This document shows, in pieces, positions 51,320 to 64,000 of a DNA stretch of 64,000 bases. Below the pieces are notes generated by a model. That model searched no databases and was not told the origin of the DNA. It was given only the letters and a program-made list of their open reading frames with translations. The translations under genes were made by a program, and so were the position numbers. Source of the stretch: Eledone cirrhosa (lineage: Eukaryota); assembly GCA_964016885.1 (NCBI GenBank), contig OZ024744.1:72726001-72790000 (forward strand), in the 5' to 3' direction. How positions within the stretch are numbered: the stretch's first letter is position 1; each line of letters begins with the position of its first letter.

Positions 51320-51483
51320 AACCGTGTGTCTAAAATTACAAGGGTTGAAAAACTACATTTGTTTGAAATATTTAACCAAGAAGCAGACTCAGTATTTTTA
51401 TACTTGGAGCTTAATAGTTACAGGGTTCCAATTGGAGTTTTAACTCTAATTTTCATATATATATATATATATAGTATAGAGAA

Positions 51484-51560
51484 TGAGGAGTCAGGTTCAA
51501 TCTGTAACAGGTCCTGCCTCGAGCAGATTGACGAAGAAACATATGTAATATGTTAATAAA
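51484..51560 (+). ncRNA. 5'-truncated hammerhead-like motif with extended stem II
   Basis: TGAGGA-(46 nt with TCAATCTG/CAGATTGA)-GAAAC-ATAT-GTA..AATAAA; C3 and the 5' strand of stem I are missing. Confidence 0.55.
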
Positions 51561-51682
51561 TTGTGATTTGATACATTACTTATTCATATACTCTGCTCTG
51601 CATGAGCATTGAGTGTTCAACTGGCATACCACCTACAGACACATTTAGCTGCAACCCTACAGCAACTATATATATATATATC

Positions 51683-52034
51683 CGTGACTTCTGGCGTCAC
51701 GCAGTAATACAGAGTATCCGACCTCCCATGGGTACAAGCTGAAGCATATAAACAATATGCCCCCACACCCCCCACCGCAAGGTGGTCGTGGAGGTGTCAC
51801 GGCAAAAAAAGCACCCTGCCCACTCTGTAAAGTGGACGTGTAGGCACCACGAAAAAGCACCCAGCACTCACTGTAAATGAGGTTGGTGTTAGGAAGGGCA
51901 TCCAGCTGTAGAAATGAAGCCAAATCAGTTCCTGTATGAGCAAGGCATGGTCAGCCGACCAGACACTGCCCACAACAGGACAACCCGTCTAACCCATGCT
52001 AGTTTGGAGGAACGGACGTAAAACGGTGATGATG

Positions 52035-52035
<1 letters not shown>
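51683..52035 (+). mobile_element. RTE 3' fragment
   Basis: Matches 42477-42830. Confidence 0.88.
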
Positions 52036-52065
<30 letters not shown>

Positions 52066-53746
52066 TATACATATCATCATTATCATCTTTGTTTAGCATA
52101 CATTTTTCCTGCTAGCAACAGTTGAATCGGTTGTTATAGACTAAGTCAATACTTAATTGGAGCTACTAGTCTCTCAGAAGATGAGATGTGGTCCACTTAC
52201 ATATGTTCTCACACTATACAGGATGTACTGGGCGTGTTTTGTCATGTCATGAATACTAGAGTATTTGTTGTGCCCTCGATATGACTGAAGATTTCTCTTA
52301 TCCTTTTTTTGGCATGGTTTCTTCAGCTGGATGCCCTTACTACATTTTCTGAGCATTCTTACCCCATGCTAAATGTGGAATGTAATAAGCAGATGTGGAT
52401 GTTGTAACCCATCTGGTCTCAGATCATGACACCTCCTCTATGTCATTCCAATATGGAAAGCGGACATAAAATGATTGTTGTGGTGGTGATGATGATGAGG
52501 ATAATTACACAAATGACTTCTAGAGTATCCCCCAACCAAATTTCATTCAGAAGGTATTAGCCGAACTGAAGCTATAATAGAAGAAACTTGTCCAAGGCAC
52601 CACACCATAGACCTGAACTTGAAACCATCTGGTTGTGAAGCAAAACTCCTGAACCTCACAGCTATGCTTGTCAAATCAATAAAATTTCAACTTCAAATCT
52701 CCCCTATTAGATTTTCAGATATATAAAAACTTTTTATAAAGAGCCAATTTTACCAGCAGAAAGAAGCACTATCTATGACTAGTAAAGGTATAAAATATAT
52801 ATAATACCTAATGTATGTTGGTTTGGTTTCACATTTGACAACATATAAAGACACGGAGAAGGGGGTGGAGTGAGAGAATAAGAAAGAGAGGATTAACATA
52901 TAGGTTGGAAGAGGAGTATACATATTAACCAGAGTAGCAGGCAAAGAATGAGAGAGATAGAGAGGCAAAGGAACACTACACTGGAATGTACTTACACACA
53001 CTCAAGTAATTGTTATCTCCTAAACTTTTGTACAAAGTTATGTTTTCTTGTCACTCTTTCATTGTTCTTTCTTTATATGTTTATATATTGATACATTTTT
53101 ATTTATTTAGCTGCTATTATCCATAATAGCAAATGTATACTCCTTTCTAAAAAAACAGATCATTACATTATATCTCTTTATTTGTATTATATTGTTTTTA
53201 TATATCTTGATCTCCTACAATGCTGTTGCTACAACAAAAAGCTTTAGGTCCACCCTGTATACTGATCTAGTGCCACAACAACAAAAGCACCCAGGCCATC
53301 CTGTAATATGGCTATGTTGGTGACATGAGAAAAAAGTATCCAGTTCATGATAAAATGCACCTAAAGTCACCACCCTATTAGTTGGTCATTTTGGTTCCAC
53401 GCTAAAAGACACCTAGTCTACATTGACATTAGGAAGGGCATCCAGCTGTAGAAACCAAATACAGATCCATATGATGGATCACCTGATGTGACAACCTGTC
53501 TAACCCATGCTAATGTGTAAAAAAAAGACCTTAAATGATGATACTATTGTATGTATGGTTTCAAGGTGGGTGCAGTATGGCAGAATGGTTAAGAAGTTTG
53601 CTTTGCAATCATGAGATCCCACTGAATAGTATCTTGGGCAAGTATCATCTATTATGGCCTCCAGTTGACCCCCATACCTTGTGAGTAAAACAGGGTAGAC
53701 AGAAACTAGTTAGAAGACAGTCGGATGGACTGTACCTGTAATTCAA

Positions 53747-53953
53747 CCTTTTAGCATTTAAATCGGCTGTATCTGGCCAGAATTCCTCACGTCTTTCTGT
53801 TCAAACTGGCTGTAACCAGTCACTCATACTGATATTAAGGTATTGTTCTCAAAATAAATAATATTGAAATCTTATAGATTTGATATTTTGTGATAAAAAG
53901 CCTTTACCATGAAAGTATAATAATATATGTAGAGTAATGTAAATGTTAAAGGG
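53747..53953. mobile_element. piggyBac-type MITE
   Basis: TCAA-CCTTTTAGCATTTA...TAAATGTTAAAGGG-TTAA. Confidence 0.82.
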
Positions 53954-54081
53954 TTAAAGATCAACTTTGTTGCACACTGTGTGTCATGTTGAACCTCCTT
54001 GAGAATTACATTATGTCTATGATGGCCTGTGGAATGCTCAGCCACTTACATGCTAATTTCTTGAGGAAGCTGTTCTCTTAA

Positions 54082-54279
54082 CCCTTTGGCATTTAAACCG
54101 ACCATAATTCTCTTACCTCTTTCTGTTCAAACCAGCTGTAATTGGCCGTTCATACTTATGTCAAGATATAGTTCTCAAAATAAATAATATCAAAATCACA
54201 TAGATTTGATATTATGTGAGATAAAGCCTTTACCACAAAAATACAATAGTGAACATAGAGTAATATAAATGCTAAAGGG
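54082..54279. mobile_element. piggyBac-type MITE
   Basis: TTAA-CCCTTTGGCATTTA...TAAATGCTAAAGGG-TTAA. Confidence 0.88.
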
Positions 54280-54870
54280 TTAACTAAACGACTGGAATGC
54301 TCATTGTCAAAATCAATGCAGGTCTATTCCATGAGAACAACAACAAAAATGAACAACAACAAAAATGTAATTGTAAATGTTTCATCTTTATTCCACTTGA
54401 TAAAATACATGAATCATAGCTAGCTAACCTTGTATAATATCAACAGTGAATGCTGGTGCTTTGTTGCTTAAAAAATATAACAAAGAAAAAAAAACCTAGT
54501 TAAACAAAACAAAAAAGAACAAACTATATTGTCTATAACATATTTTTTTTATATGTTTTAATGACTTGAGACTTGAGTGACCTTTCCTAATAACTTCTTA
54601 CTATATATCTTCCTGTGATTATTATTGGTGCAAAAAGTGAAATGTTATTATTAATGTTAACACCCACCCCGTCTCTCCACCCATTCATTCGCTAGAACTT
54701 ACCTAAATGAACTGCTATCTCCGATGAAGCCTTAGGCTACCTAACCTAACTTAAACTTACTCATCACCCAATGTCTCTCTGACTTGTACATGCACCTCTC
54801 TTCTCTCTTATATTATTCTTTTATGTTTGTATTTTGTATCAGTTATGAATGTTTTTGTTTGCATGTTTAT

Positions 54871-54910
<40 letters not shown>

Positions 54911-54999
54911 GTATATGTGTGTGTGTGTGTATATATATATATGTATATATATATATGTATATGTGTGTGTGTGTGTATATATATATAAATATGTGTATA

Positions 55000-55090
<91 letters not shown>

Positions 55091-55276
55091 GTATGTTATA
55101 TATATATGTATGTATGTATATATATATATGTTATGTATGTATGTATGTATATATATATGTTATGTATGTATGTATATATATATGTTATGTATGTATGTAT
55201 ATATATATGTTATGTATGTATGTATGTATATATGTTATATATATGTATATATATATGTATGTATCTATATATATGT

Positions 55277-56505
55277 AACTTTGAATAACTTTGAAATGTT
55301 TTGGCCAGTATTGGCCCAGGCCATGTCTAACTTAATAGCACCACCTGGCGAAGTCTTTCAATTCAGGATTTGGGCACCATGGCCCATTCGAGAAGAGAAT
55401 TACTGTTTGCGGAGACATATCCGGGTGTGGGTGGTTTGTCCGGGATTACTTGGAGGAATTTGTCCAAAGACTTCTTGAATTTTGTGTGGTCAGTTTCTGT
55501 TTTGACGTGTCCTGGTGTGATGTTGAAGAGAGCAGGGCCGATTGAGGTGAAATAATTGTGCCGTATTGTTGTTATGAGTTGCGATTTAGATTTTTGAATG
55601 GGACGGATAGCACGGGGCCCAAGCCTTGGGTGTATCTTGAAGGCGATGCCAACATCATTTGGGCAGTGATGATGGAACATTTTCCACATCATGCAGATAA
55701 TATAACGCTCACGGCGACGTTGGAGTGAGTAAAGTTTCAGGTTTTCCAATCGACCCCAGTAGTCAAGGTCTGACATGCCATCTATCTTTTTCGTGATTGC
55801 CCTTTGAGGAGCTTCAAGTTTCATGATACTTTGTTTCGTGTGGGGAGACCACAGTGGACAACAGTATTCAAGGTGTGGTCGGGCGAAAGTAGAGAAGAGA
55901 AGGATAATGGTGCGGGAATCTCTCGACTGGAAGGTTCTGAGGATCCAGGAACACATTCTGCGGGCCATGTCAACTTTGCTGCTTATATGCGTGGTCCAGC
56001 TTATGTTGCTGTCCACGGTTACTCCCAAGTCTCTGATGTTGTTTGATGCCACGAGAGTTTCCCCGGAGGGAAGGGAGTACGGGAGTTTCAGAGCATCCTC
56101 TTTTCCAAAGTGGATCAGTTCGAATTTGTCTTCGTTCAGTAACATGTTGTTCTTTTCTGCCCATTGGGTAACAGCCAGTAGGTCTGACTGAAGGCTTATC
56201 CGGTCATCCACGCCATTGATGACCTTTTGGAGCTTGGAATCATCAGCGAAAATTTTAATGTTGCTGTGTTTGATGATGTCAGTGATGTCATTAATATAGA
56301 TGATGAAGAGAAGTGGGCCCAACACAGTGCCTTGTGGGACTCCACTACTGACTTTGGCTGGGCTTGATTTGACTCCCTCAACTACAACATGTTGGGTTCT
56401 GTTTGACAGGAAGCTCTTGATCCACTGCAGCAGCTTTCCAGTGACACCAATATTGGACAGCTTTCTCAGTAGAATGTTATGATCAACCCTGTCAAAGGCC
56501 TTGCT
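55277..56505 (-). mobile_element. CR1-group LINE, 5'-truncated, uninterrupted RT frame
   Basis: [13 protein letters not shown]...G..G.LL.WI..FLSNR.Q.V, SGVPQGTVLGPLLFIIYIND, IFADDSKL, DLGV, RPHLEYC..LWSP, SLQRRR; open to the stop at 55363. Confidence 0.92.
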
Positions 56506-58333
56506 GTATCTATATATATGTATGTATCTATATATATGTATGTATCTATATATGTATGTATCTATATATATATGTATGTATGTTATATATGTATGTATAT
56601 ATATATATGTATGTATATATATATATGTATGTATATATATATATGTATGTATATATATATATTATATATATGTATATATATATGTATATATATATGTATG
56701 TATATATATATATTATATATATGTATATATATACGTATATATATATGTTATATATATGTATATATATATATGTATGTATCTATATATATGTATGTATCTA
56801 TATATATGTATGTATCTATATATATGTATGTATCTATATATATATGTATCTATATATATATATGTATCTATATATATATATGTATGTATGTTATATATGT
56901 ATGTTATATATGTATGTATGTTATATATGTATATATATATATGTATGTATGTTATATATGTATGTTATATATGTATGTATATATATATATGTATGTATAT
57001 ATATATATGTATGTATGTTATATATGTATGTTATATATGTATGTATGTTATATATGTATATATATGTATGTATATATATATATGTATGTATATATATATA
57101 TGTATGTATGTTATATATGTATGTATGTTATATATGTATATATATATATGTATGTTATATATGTATGTATGTTATATATGTATATATATATATGTATGTA
57201 TATATATATATATGTATGTATATATATATATGTATGTATGTTATATATGTATGTATATATATATGTATGTATATATATATATATGTATGTATATATATAT
57301 GTATGTATATATATATATATATATACCAAGAAACTCACTCAGATGGTGGATGGGTGCTACACGAGAATGCTGAGGATGGCTCTGAACATTAATCAGTATA
57401 CACTGAGGATGAAAAACTCAGAGCTGTATGGGAGCATCCCAAAAGTCAGCTCAAAAGTGACACAGAGGAGACTGAGGTTGGCTGGACATGCTCACCGACA
57501 TCCAGAGTTGACATTGCACTCAGTACTCCTTTGGGAGCCCCTACATGGACACACTAGAAGAGGAAAACCAAGGTTAACGTATGTTGATGCCCTAAGGACA
57601 GACACTGGTCTGTTGGAGATGCAGGATATGGCAGCGATAATGAGGGACAGAGACCGCTGGAGAGAACTCGTCCATAGATCTCGGGAATTTTACTCGCCTT
57701 AGATAGATAGATAGATGTATGTATATATATGTATGTATGTTATATATATATATGTATGTATATATATATATGTATGTATATATATATATGTATGTATATA
57801 TATATATATGTATGTACGTTATATATATATGTACGTTATATATATATGTATGTATATATGTATGTATATATATATATGTATGTATATATGTATGTATATA
57901 TATATATGTATGTATATATATATGTATATATATATGTATATATGTATGTATATATATATATGTATGTATATATATATGTATATATATATGTATATATGTA
58001 TGTATATATATATGTATATATATATGTATGTATGTATATATATATGTATGTATGTATATATATATGTATATATATATGTATGTATGTATATATATATGTA
58101 TATATATATGTATGTATATATATATGTATATATGTATATATGTATGTATATATATATGTATGTATGTATGTATATATATATATGTATATATGTATGTATG
58201 TATATATATATATGTATGTATGTATATATATATGTATATATATATGTATGTATGTATATATATGTATATATATATGTATGTATGTATATATATATGTATA
58301 TATGTATGTATGTATATATGTATGTATGTATGT

Positions 58334-58371
<38 letters not shown>

Positions 58372-58460
58372 GTATGTATGTATATATGTATGTATGTATA
58401 TATATATGTATATATATATGTATGTATGTATATATATGTATGTATGTATATATATATATG

Positions 58461-58492
<32 letters not shown>

Positions 58493-58705
58493 TGTATATA
58501 TATATGTATATATATATGTATGTATATATATATATGTATATATATATGTATGTATATATATATGTATATATATATGTATGTATATATATATGTATATATA
58601 TATGTATGTATGTATATGTATGTATATATATATATATATGTATGTATATGTATGTATATGTATGTATATGTATGTATATATGTATGTATGTATGTATATA
58701 TATGT
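56506..58705. repeat. Long (TA)n/(TATG)n complex microsatellite, interrupted by an RTE fragment
   Basis: Direct inspection; similar tracts at 44995-45252, 54865-55276, 59310-59532 and 62825-63543. Confidence 0.95.
57326..57716 (+). mobile_element. RTE-like LINE 3' end (second family, (AGAT)n tail)
   Basis: [22 protein letters not shown]....LLWEP.HG..RRG.PRLTYVD; AGATAGATAGAT tail. Confidence 0.88.
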
Positions 58706-59310
58706 CAGGTCACCACTTGGTGCTACTGGTAACATGAATCCCAGTACAACCTGTCTCATGGTCGGGTCGTTGGCGACTAAACTGGCAACCCCACCAAGGT
58801 TTTTTGGTGAGGAGGGTGACTTTGGACATCCTACAGGACTAAAAACAAAACCTGTCAAAGGGCAGAAGAGCTCTTAAGAGTCAATGGCCATCAAAAATCA
58901 CCGGGAGAGATGACCCCTTAGCCTTTGTCAAGGCAGAATTCTAGAAGGAAAACTCTGATATAACACCTGCAACCCTGATGGTATCCAATGATGTTGACTT
59001 GTTCTTCTTTTTGGTAAATATCATCTTGGTTAAGAGAGTGGGACTGGCTTTGTGCAGTGCCTTTGCACACTATAAAAGCTTCACGGCACAGGCATTGCTT
59101 TGTATCTTGAGATCTCTCTGCACTTGTCGTCACATGGTACCATGGGCCCAGCACTATGTGTCAATAATTGTCACAAGTGTAGTGTTTGTACCAGAGTTTT
59201 CAAGTTGCTGGCTGGACTAAAAAGTCACACTCGTTCAGCGCATCGGTAGGGGTTCTCCTATATGGATATAAAGTAGTGGCCTTACTCGAAAACGAGTTGG
59301 CAGCCACCAT
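58706..59310. mobile_element. ~600-bp dispersed repeat (RTE 5'-region-like), copy 2
   Basis: Matches 43526-44103. Confidence 0.75.
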
Positions 59311-59532
59311 GTATATATATATATGTATGTGTATGTATGTATGTATATATATATATATAAATGTATGTATGTATATAGATATGTATGTATGTATATATAT
59401 ATGTATGTATATATATATGTATGTATATAAATGTATGTATGTATATATATATGTATGTATATATATATGTATGTATGTATATATATATGTATGTATGTAT
59501 ATATATATATATGTATGTATATATATATATAT

Positions 59533-62500
59533 AGGTGGAGGGGTGGGTCTGCTAGATTCATTGAGGGTAAAAAACGATGTTATAAGCTTTTCTGGGTGGG
59601 AAACGACGATGGGCTGGGTGGAGTAGGAATCATGGTAGCAGAAAAGTGGGCAGATAAGATAATAGACGTAAATAGAGTGAACGACAGAATAATTAAAATA
59701 AGACTTGTCCTCAATAAAACTACGGTGACAGTAATATCTGCGTACGCACACCAATCCGGACTGCCCGGCACTATAAAAGACAGATTCTATGAGACACTGT
59801 TGCTAACTACCTCCCAAATATCTGACAGTGACTATATAATTATTGCAGGCGACCTAAATGGTCACGTTGGACAACATTGTGACGGCTACGACGAAATCCA
59901 TGGAGGCTATGGGTTTGGTACTAGAAATGAGGAAGGCTCCAGAATCCTGGAATTCTGTGATGCAAATAACCTAACTATCTGTAACACTAACTTCAAAAAA
60001 CGTGACAATCACCTGATCACCTATAGATCAGGGGAACACACAAGCCAGGTAGATTATATCCTTACCAGAAGACGTGACAGAGTGTCTGTTGTAAACACTA
60101 AATCCCTCCCCCATGAAGAATGCACCTCCCAACATAGACTGATAATTAGCGACCTCATAGTCAGGACGAGACGTACTCGACAGCAGAAGAGGACTATCCT
60201 CAGGAGGAAAATATGGAAACTAAAGGACCCCACAGCCAGAAATAAATTTCAAAGCATATTACTTGATGCTTTCGACAGTAAGGAAGAGCATCTAGAATCG
60301 GACAATATAGAGGGACAGTGGGAATTTCTGAAAGCAAACCTGCTGTTGGCGACAGACGAAGTCTGTGGCTGGAGCAGACCTGTAGGCAGGAGGAGAGTAA
60401 CTTGGTGGTGGAACAGTAGGGTGGAGGGGTCAATTAAGGCCAAAAAGCAGGCTTGGAAAGTATGGCGGGATGGGGGAAGTAGAGTAGACTATCAAGTGGC
60501 CAGGAGGGAAGCTAGGAGAGAAGTGTACTTAGCAAGAAGGGAAGCTGAGGAAAGAAAGTTCAAGCATGTTCTACAACGCGATGACCAAAAACGTGAGGTG
60601 TTCAGGATTGCCAGGCAATGCGTCAAGGAAAACCGTGATATTGTCGGGGAGAAGTGTGTACTTAACGATGATGGCATACTTGCCATCACCGACACTGATA
60701 AGAAGGTAGCTTGGCAGTGTCACTATGAAAGGCTACTAAATGAGGAGAATAAATGGGAGAAAGACAGTCTCCCCCATATCGACCCGATAGAGGGACCAGC
60801 AGTGTTAGTCGAGGGGAGTATAATAAGTAAGGCAATCAAGGATATGAAGACGGGTAAGGCGGCTGGGCCTTCGGAAATAGTTGCTGAGATGCTGAAGGCA
60901 TCTGGCACGGTGGGACACACCATGGTCACCCGCATAGTTAACCAAGTCGTACAGAATGGGGTTGTTCCGAAGGACTGGCATAGCAGCATCATCGTTAACT
61001 GTTATAAGGGTAAAGGAGACGCCCTAGATAGGAGTAACTATAGAGGCATTAAATTAATCGACCAGGTCATGAAGGTCACGGAAAAAGTAATAGCGCAACT
61101 AATCAGAGAGAGAATTGACCTAGATGAAATGCAGTTCGGGTTTGTGTCAGGCAAAAGCACCACAGACGCCCTTTTCATAGTACGACAACTACAGGAGAAG
61201 TACCTAGCTAAAGGTAGACCCCTCTACTTAGCTTTTGTCGACCTGGAGAAAGCCTTCGACAGAGTCCCCCGCTCCATTATCTGGTGGGCTCTTAGAAAAC
61301 TAGGCGTTGACGAATGGCTTGTGAGGGCTATACAAGCCATGTATAAAGAAACAGTCAGCAAGCTTAGAATTAACAACGAATATAGTGAAGAGTTTAGCGT
61401 AAAAGTTGGCGTCCATCAGGGCTCTGTTCTCAGCCCCCTACTATTTATTATTGCCCTTCAGGCTATAACAGAGGAGTTCAAGACAGGCTGCCCATGGGAA
61501 CTCCTATACGCAGACGACCTGACACTCATAGCGGAATCAATGGCCGAGCTAGAGAAGAAATTCCAAACATGGAAGCACGGCCTAGAGTCAAAAGGACTTA
61601 AAATTAACCTGGCTAAGACCAAAGTTCTAGTTTGTAGGAAAGAAAACAAGGCGGCGGTCCCTTCTGGGAAATGGTCGTGCTCGGTGTGTAGGAAAGGCGT
61701 AGGTAGAAACTCCATTTTATGTCCTAAATGCAAAGTATGGGTGCATAAAAGATGTAGTGGGATCACAGGTAAGCTAACTAAGAACATAGATTTTACATAT
61801 TGGCCGGTGTTCTGGTGCAATAAGTAGCAGCAAGTGCCCACAAAATACTAGCTCTTTCAATTGCGCAGAGGGTTCTATAGAAATAGTGGACAGCTTCCGT
61901 TACCTGGGCGATAAAATCAGCAGTGGGGGAGGGTGCTCTGAAAGAACTGTAGCTAGATTCAGAACTGGTTGGAAAAAGTTCAGAGAGCTTATACCACTAT
62001 TAGCTGCTAAAGGGTTCTCCCTAAAAATGAAAGGCAGGTTGTACGATGCCTGCATACGAACAGCAATGTTGCATGGTAGTGAGACCTGGGCATTGTGTGC
62101 AGAGGATATACGCAGACTAGAGAGGAACGAAGCTTGCATGCTCCGCTGGATGTGTAACAGTAATATACGTGAACGGCAAAGCATAAACGAACTAAGGAAA
62201 AAATTAGAGATAAGAGGGATCAGATGTTGTTTACTCGAGAGAAGGCTGCGTTGGTATGGACACGTGATGCGCATGAAAGTCGATAGCTGTATAACAAAGT
62301 GCAGGGCAATAAAGATAGACGGTAGCCACGGAATAGGCAGACCTAGAAAAACATGGGATGAGCTGATAAACTCCGACCTCACACACTTACACCTCTCCAA
62401 GACAATGTCACTGGACCGAGACCTTTGGCGGTACTCAGTAACAGAGAAGACCCGCCTTGCCAGTAGGCATCTCTAACAAAATACACCCCGTCCCGCCACC

Positions 62501-62822
62501 ACCCCCACCCCATCCACACCACCCCGTTCTATGTCAAGTTAAGTTGGTGCCGCGCCATCCAGGCCGAAACAAATGAGATCGTGTAGGTGTCACGACAAAA
62601 AAACACACAGTCCACGCTGTAATGTGGCCGTGTAGGCAACACGGTAAAAACCTCCCAGACCCACACTGTAAATGTGGTTGGTGTTAGGAAGGGCATCCAA
62701 CTGTAGAAAACCTGCCAGACAGTCCTATGCGAGCAAGACAATCACTCTTGCCTCAAGTGGGACTACCCCCGTCCAAACCCATGCAAGCGTGGAACACGGA
62801 CGTTAAACGTTGATGATGATGA
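59533..62822 (+). mobile_element. Near-full-length RTE LINE (APE + RT), one apparent frameshift near 61800
   Basis: RW.G..A, GGVGIMV, IAGDLNGHVG, SQVDYIL, SQHRLI, RT motifs to LYADDL, Cys-rich insert, RLRWYGHVMR, 3'UTR and (GAT)n tail. The N-terminus of the listed 798-aa ORF is microsatellite. Confidence 0.95.
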
Positions 62823-63167
62823 AATGTATGTATGTATATATGTATGTATATTTATATAAATGTATGTATGTAAATGTGTATTTATATAAATATATGTATA
62901 TATATATGTATGTATATATGTATATATATTTATATATATATGTATGTATATATGTATATATATTTATATATATATATATGTAAATGTGTATGTATATTTA
63001 TATAAATATATATATGTATGTATATATGTATATATATTTATATATATATATATGTAAATGTGTATGTATATTTATATAAATATATGTATATATATATGTA
63101 TGTATATATGTATATATATTTATATATATATATATGTATATATACATTTATATATATATGTGTATAG

Positions 63168-63203
<36 letters not shown>

Positions 63204-63204
63204 A

Positions 63205-63235
<31 letters not shown>

Positions 63236-64000
63236 CATATAAGTATATATTTATATATATATATATATATATATACATTTATACATATATATATGTGTAT
63301 ATATATATATATATGTATGTATATGTATATATATTTACATATATATATATATATATGTATATATGTATATATATTTACATATATATATATATATATTATA
63401 TATATATATATATATGTGTATATTTATATATATATGTGTATATATATATATATGTGTGTGCTTGTATATATTTATGTATGTATATATATGTATATTTATT
63501 TATATTTATTTATATATATATATCTATATATATTTATATATATAACCATAAAAGTGATGATAATTATACCCAATTAAGTTGTGCCTTTCTTTAGAAACAT
63601 TCCTGAAAGAATAGGTAATGCCTTTATAAACTATTATTGAATACAATTTTCATTTTATAAAACTAACTAATATAATTTTCTTTATAATGTATTATCATAA
63701 GTGATTGTCCCACATGCAACTAGAAACTAGACCATAATTTATTTAGTGTTAAATTTAGTTTGCCTTAATCCTAATTATAATTAAAACACTAGTAAATCTA
63801 ATATCATATCGGTAAACAAACATTTGTTGATAATTATCGTTTTTTGCTACACAAGATTATTATCATGCCTTTCAATGCAAATTTTTTTAACAAATTGCTA
63901 TTAACTTTCTTCTGGGATTAGAATTGTATGTGTATGTGTGTGTCTTTTTCTGATTAGTCAAGGAATAAAAGGCTGTGACCATGACCCTTTTTAGGACTTA

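Noticed and set aside
54715-54745. CCGATGA-AGCCT-T-AGGCT hairpin
   Set aside because: No GAAA half and no stem I or III.
56479-58877. YI/CM/YV-rich ORFs (also at 39.3-40.0, 45.0, 54.8 and 63 kb)
   Set aside because: Microsatellite translation artefacts.

Overview
AT-rich, repeat-saturated eukaryotic DNA; the SINE, RTE and MITE families and the (TA)n/(TATG)n load resemble an octopod cephalopod (inference). No host protein-coding gene can be supported, and most track ORFs are microsatellite or antisense-TE artefacts. The window holds many RTE LINE fragments (one near full length at 59.5-62.8 kb), a decayed Tx1/L1-like LINE, an intact 5'-truncated CR1-like piece, Dong/R4-like pieces, two tRNA-derived SINE families, piggyBac-type TTAA MITEs and a 25-bp minisatellite. 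The main signal is a dispersed set of about 11 loci carrying type I hammerhead ribozyme (HHR) motifs. One lies in the inverted pseudo-LTRs of a Penelope-like GIY-YIG remnant; the rest are in short, mostly fold-back, non-coding elements next to TA microsatellites. These HHRs include variant cores (CAGAAGA = U4A in two unrelated elements; UUGAUAA = U3-A8) and long branched stem II forms. Most are followed by a shared covarying hairpin (ACTC..GAGT / GCTC..GAGC) that I do not recognise as a described element. All RNA structures were paired by eye and none is tested.
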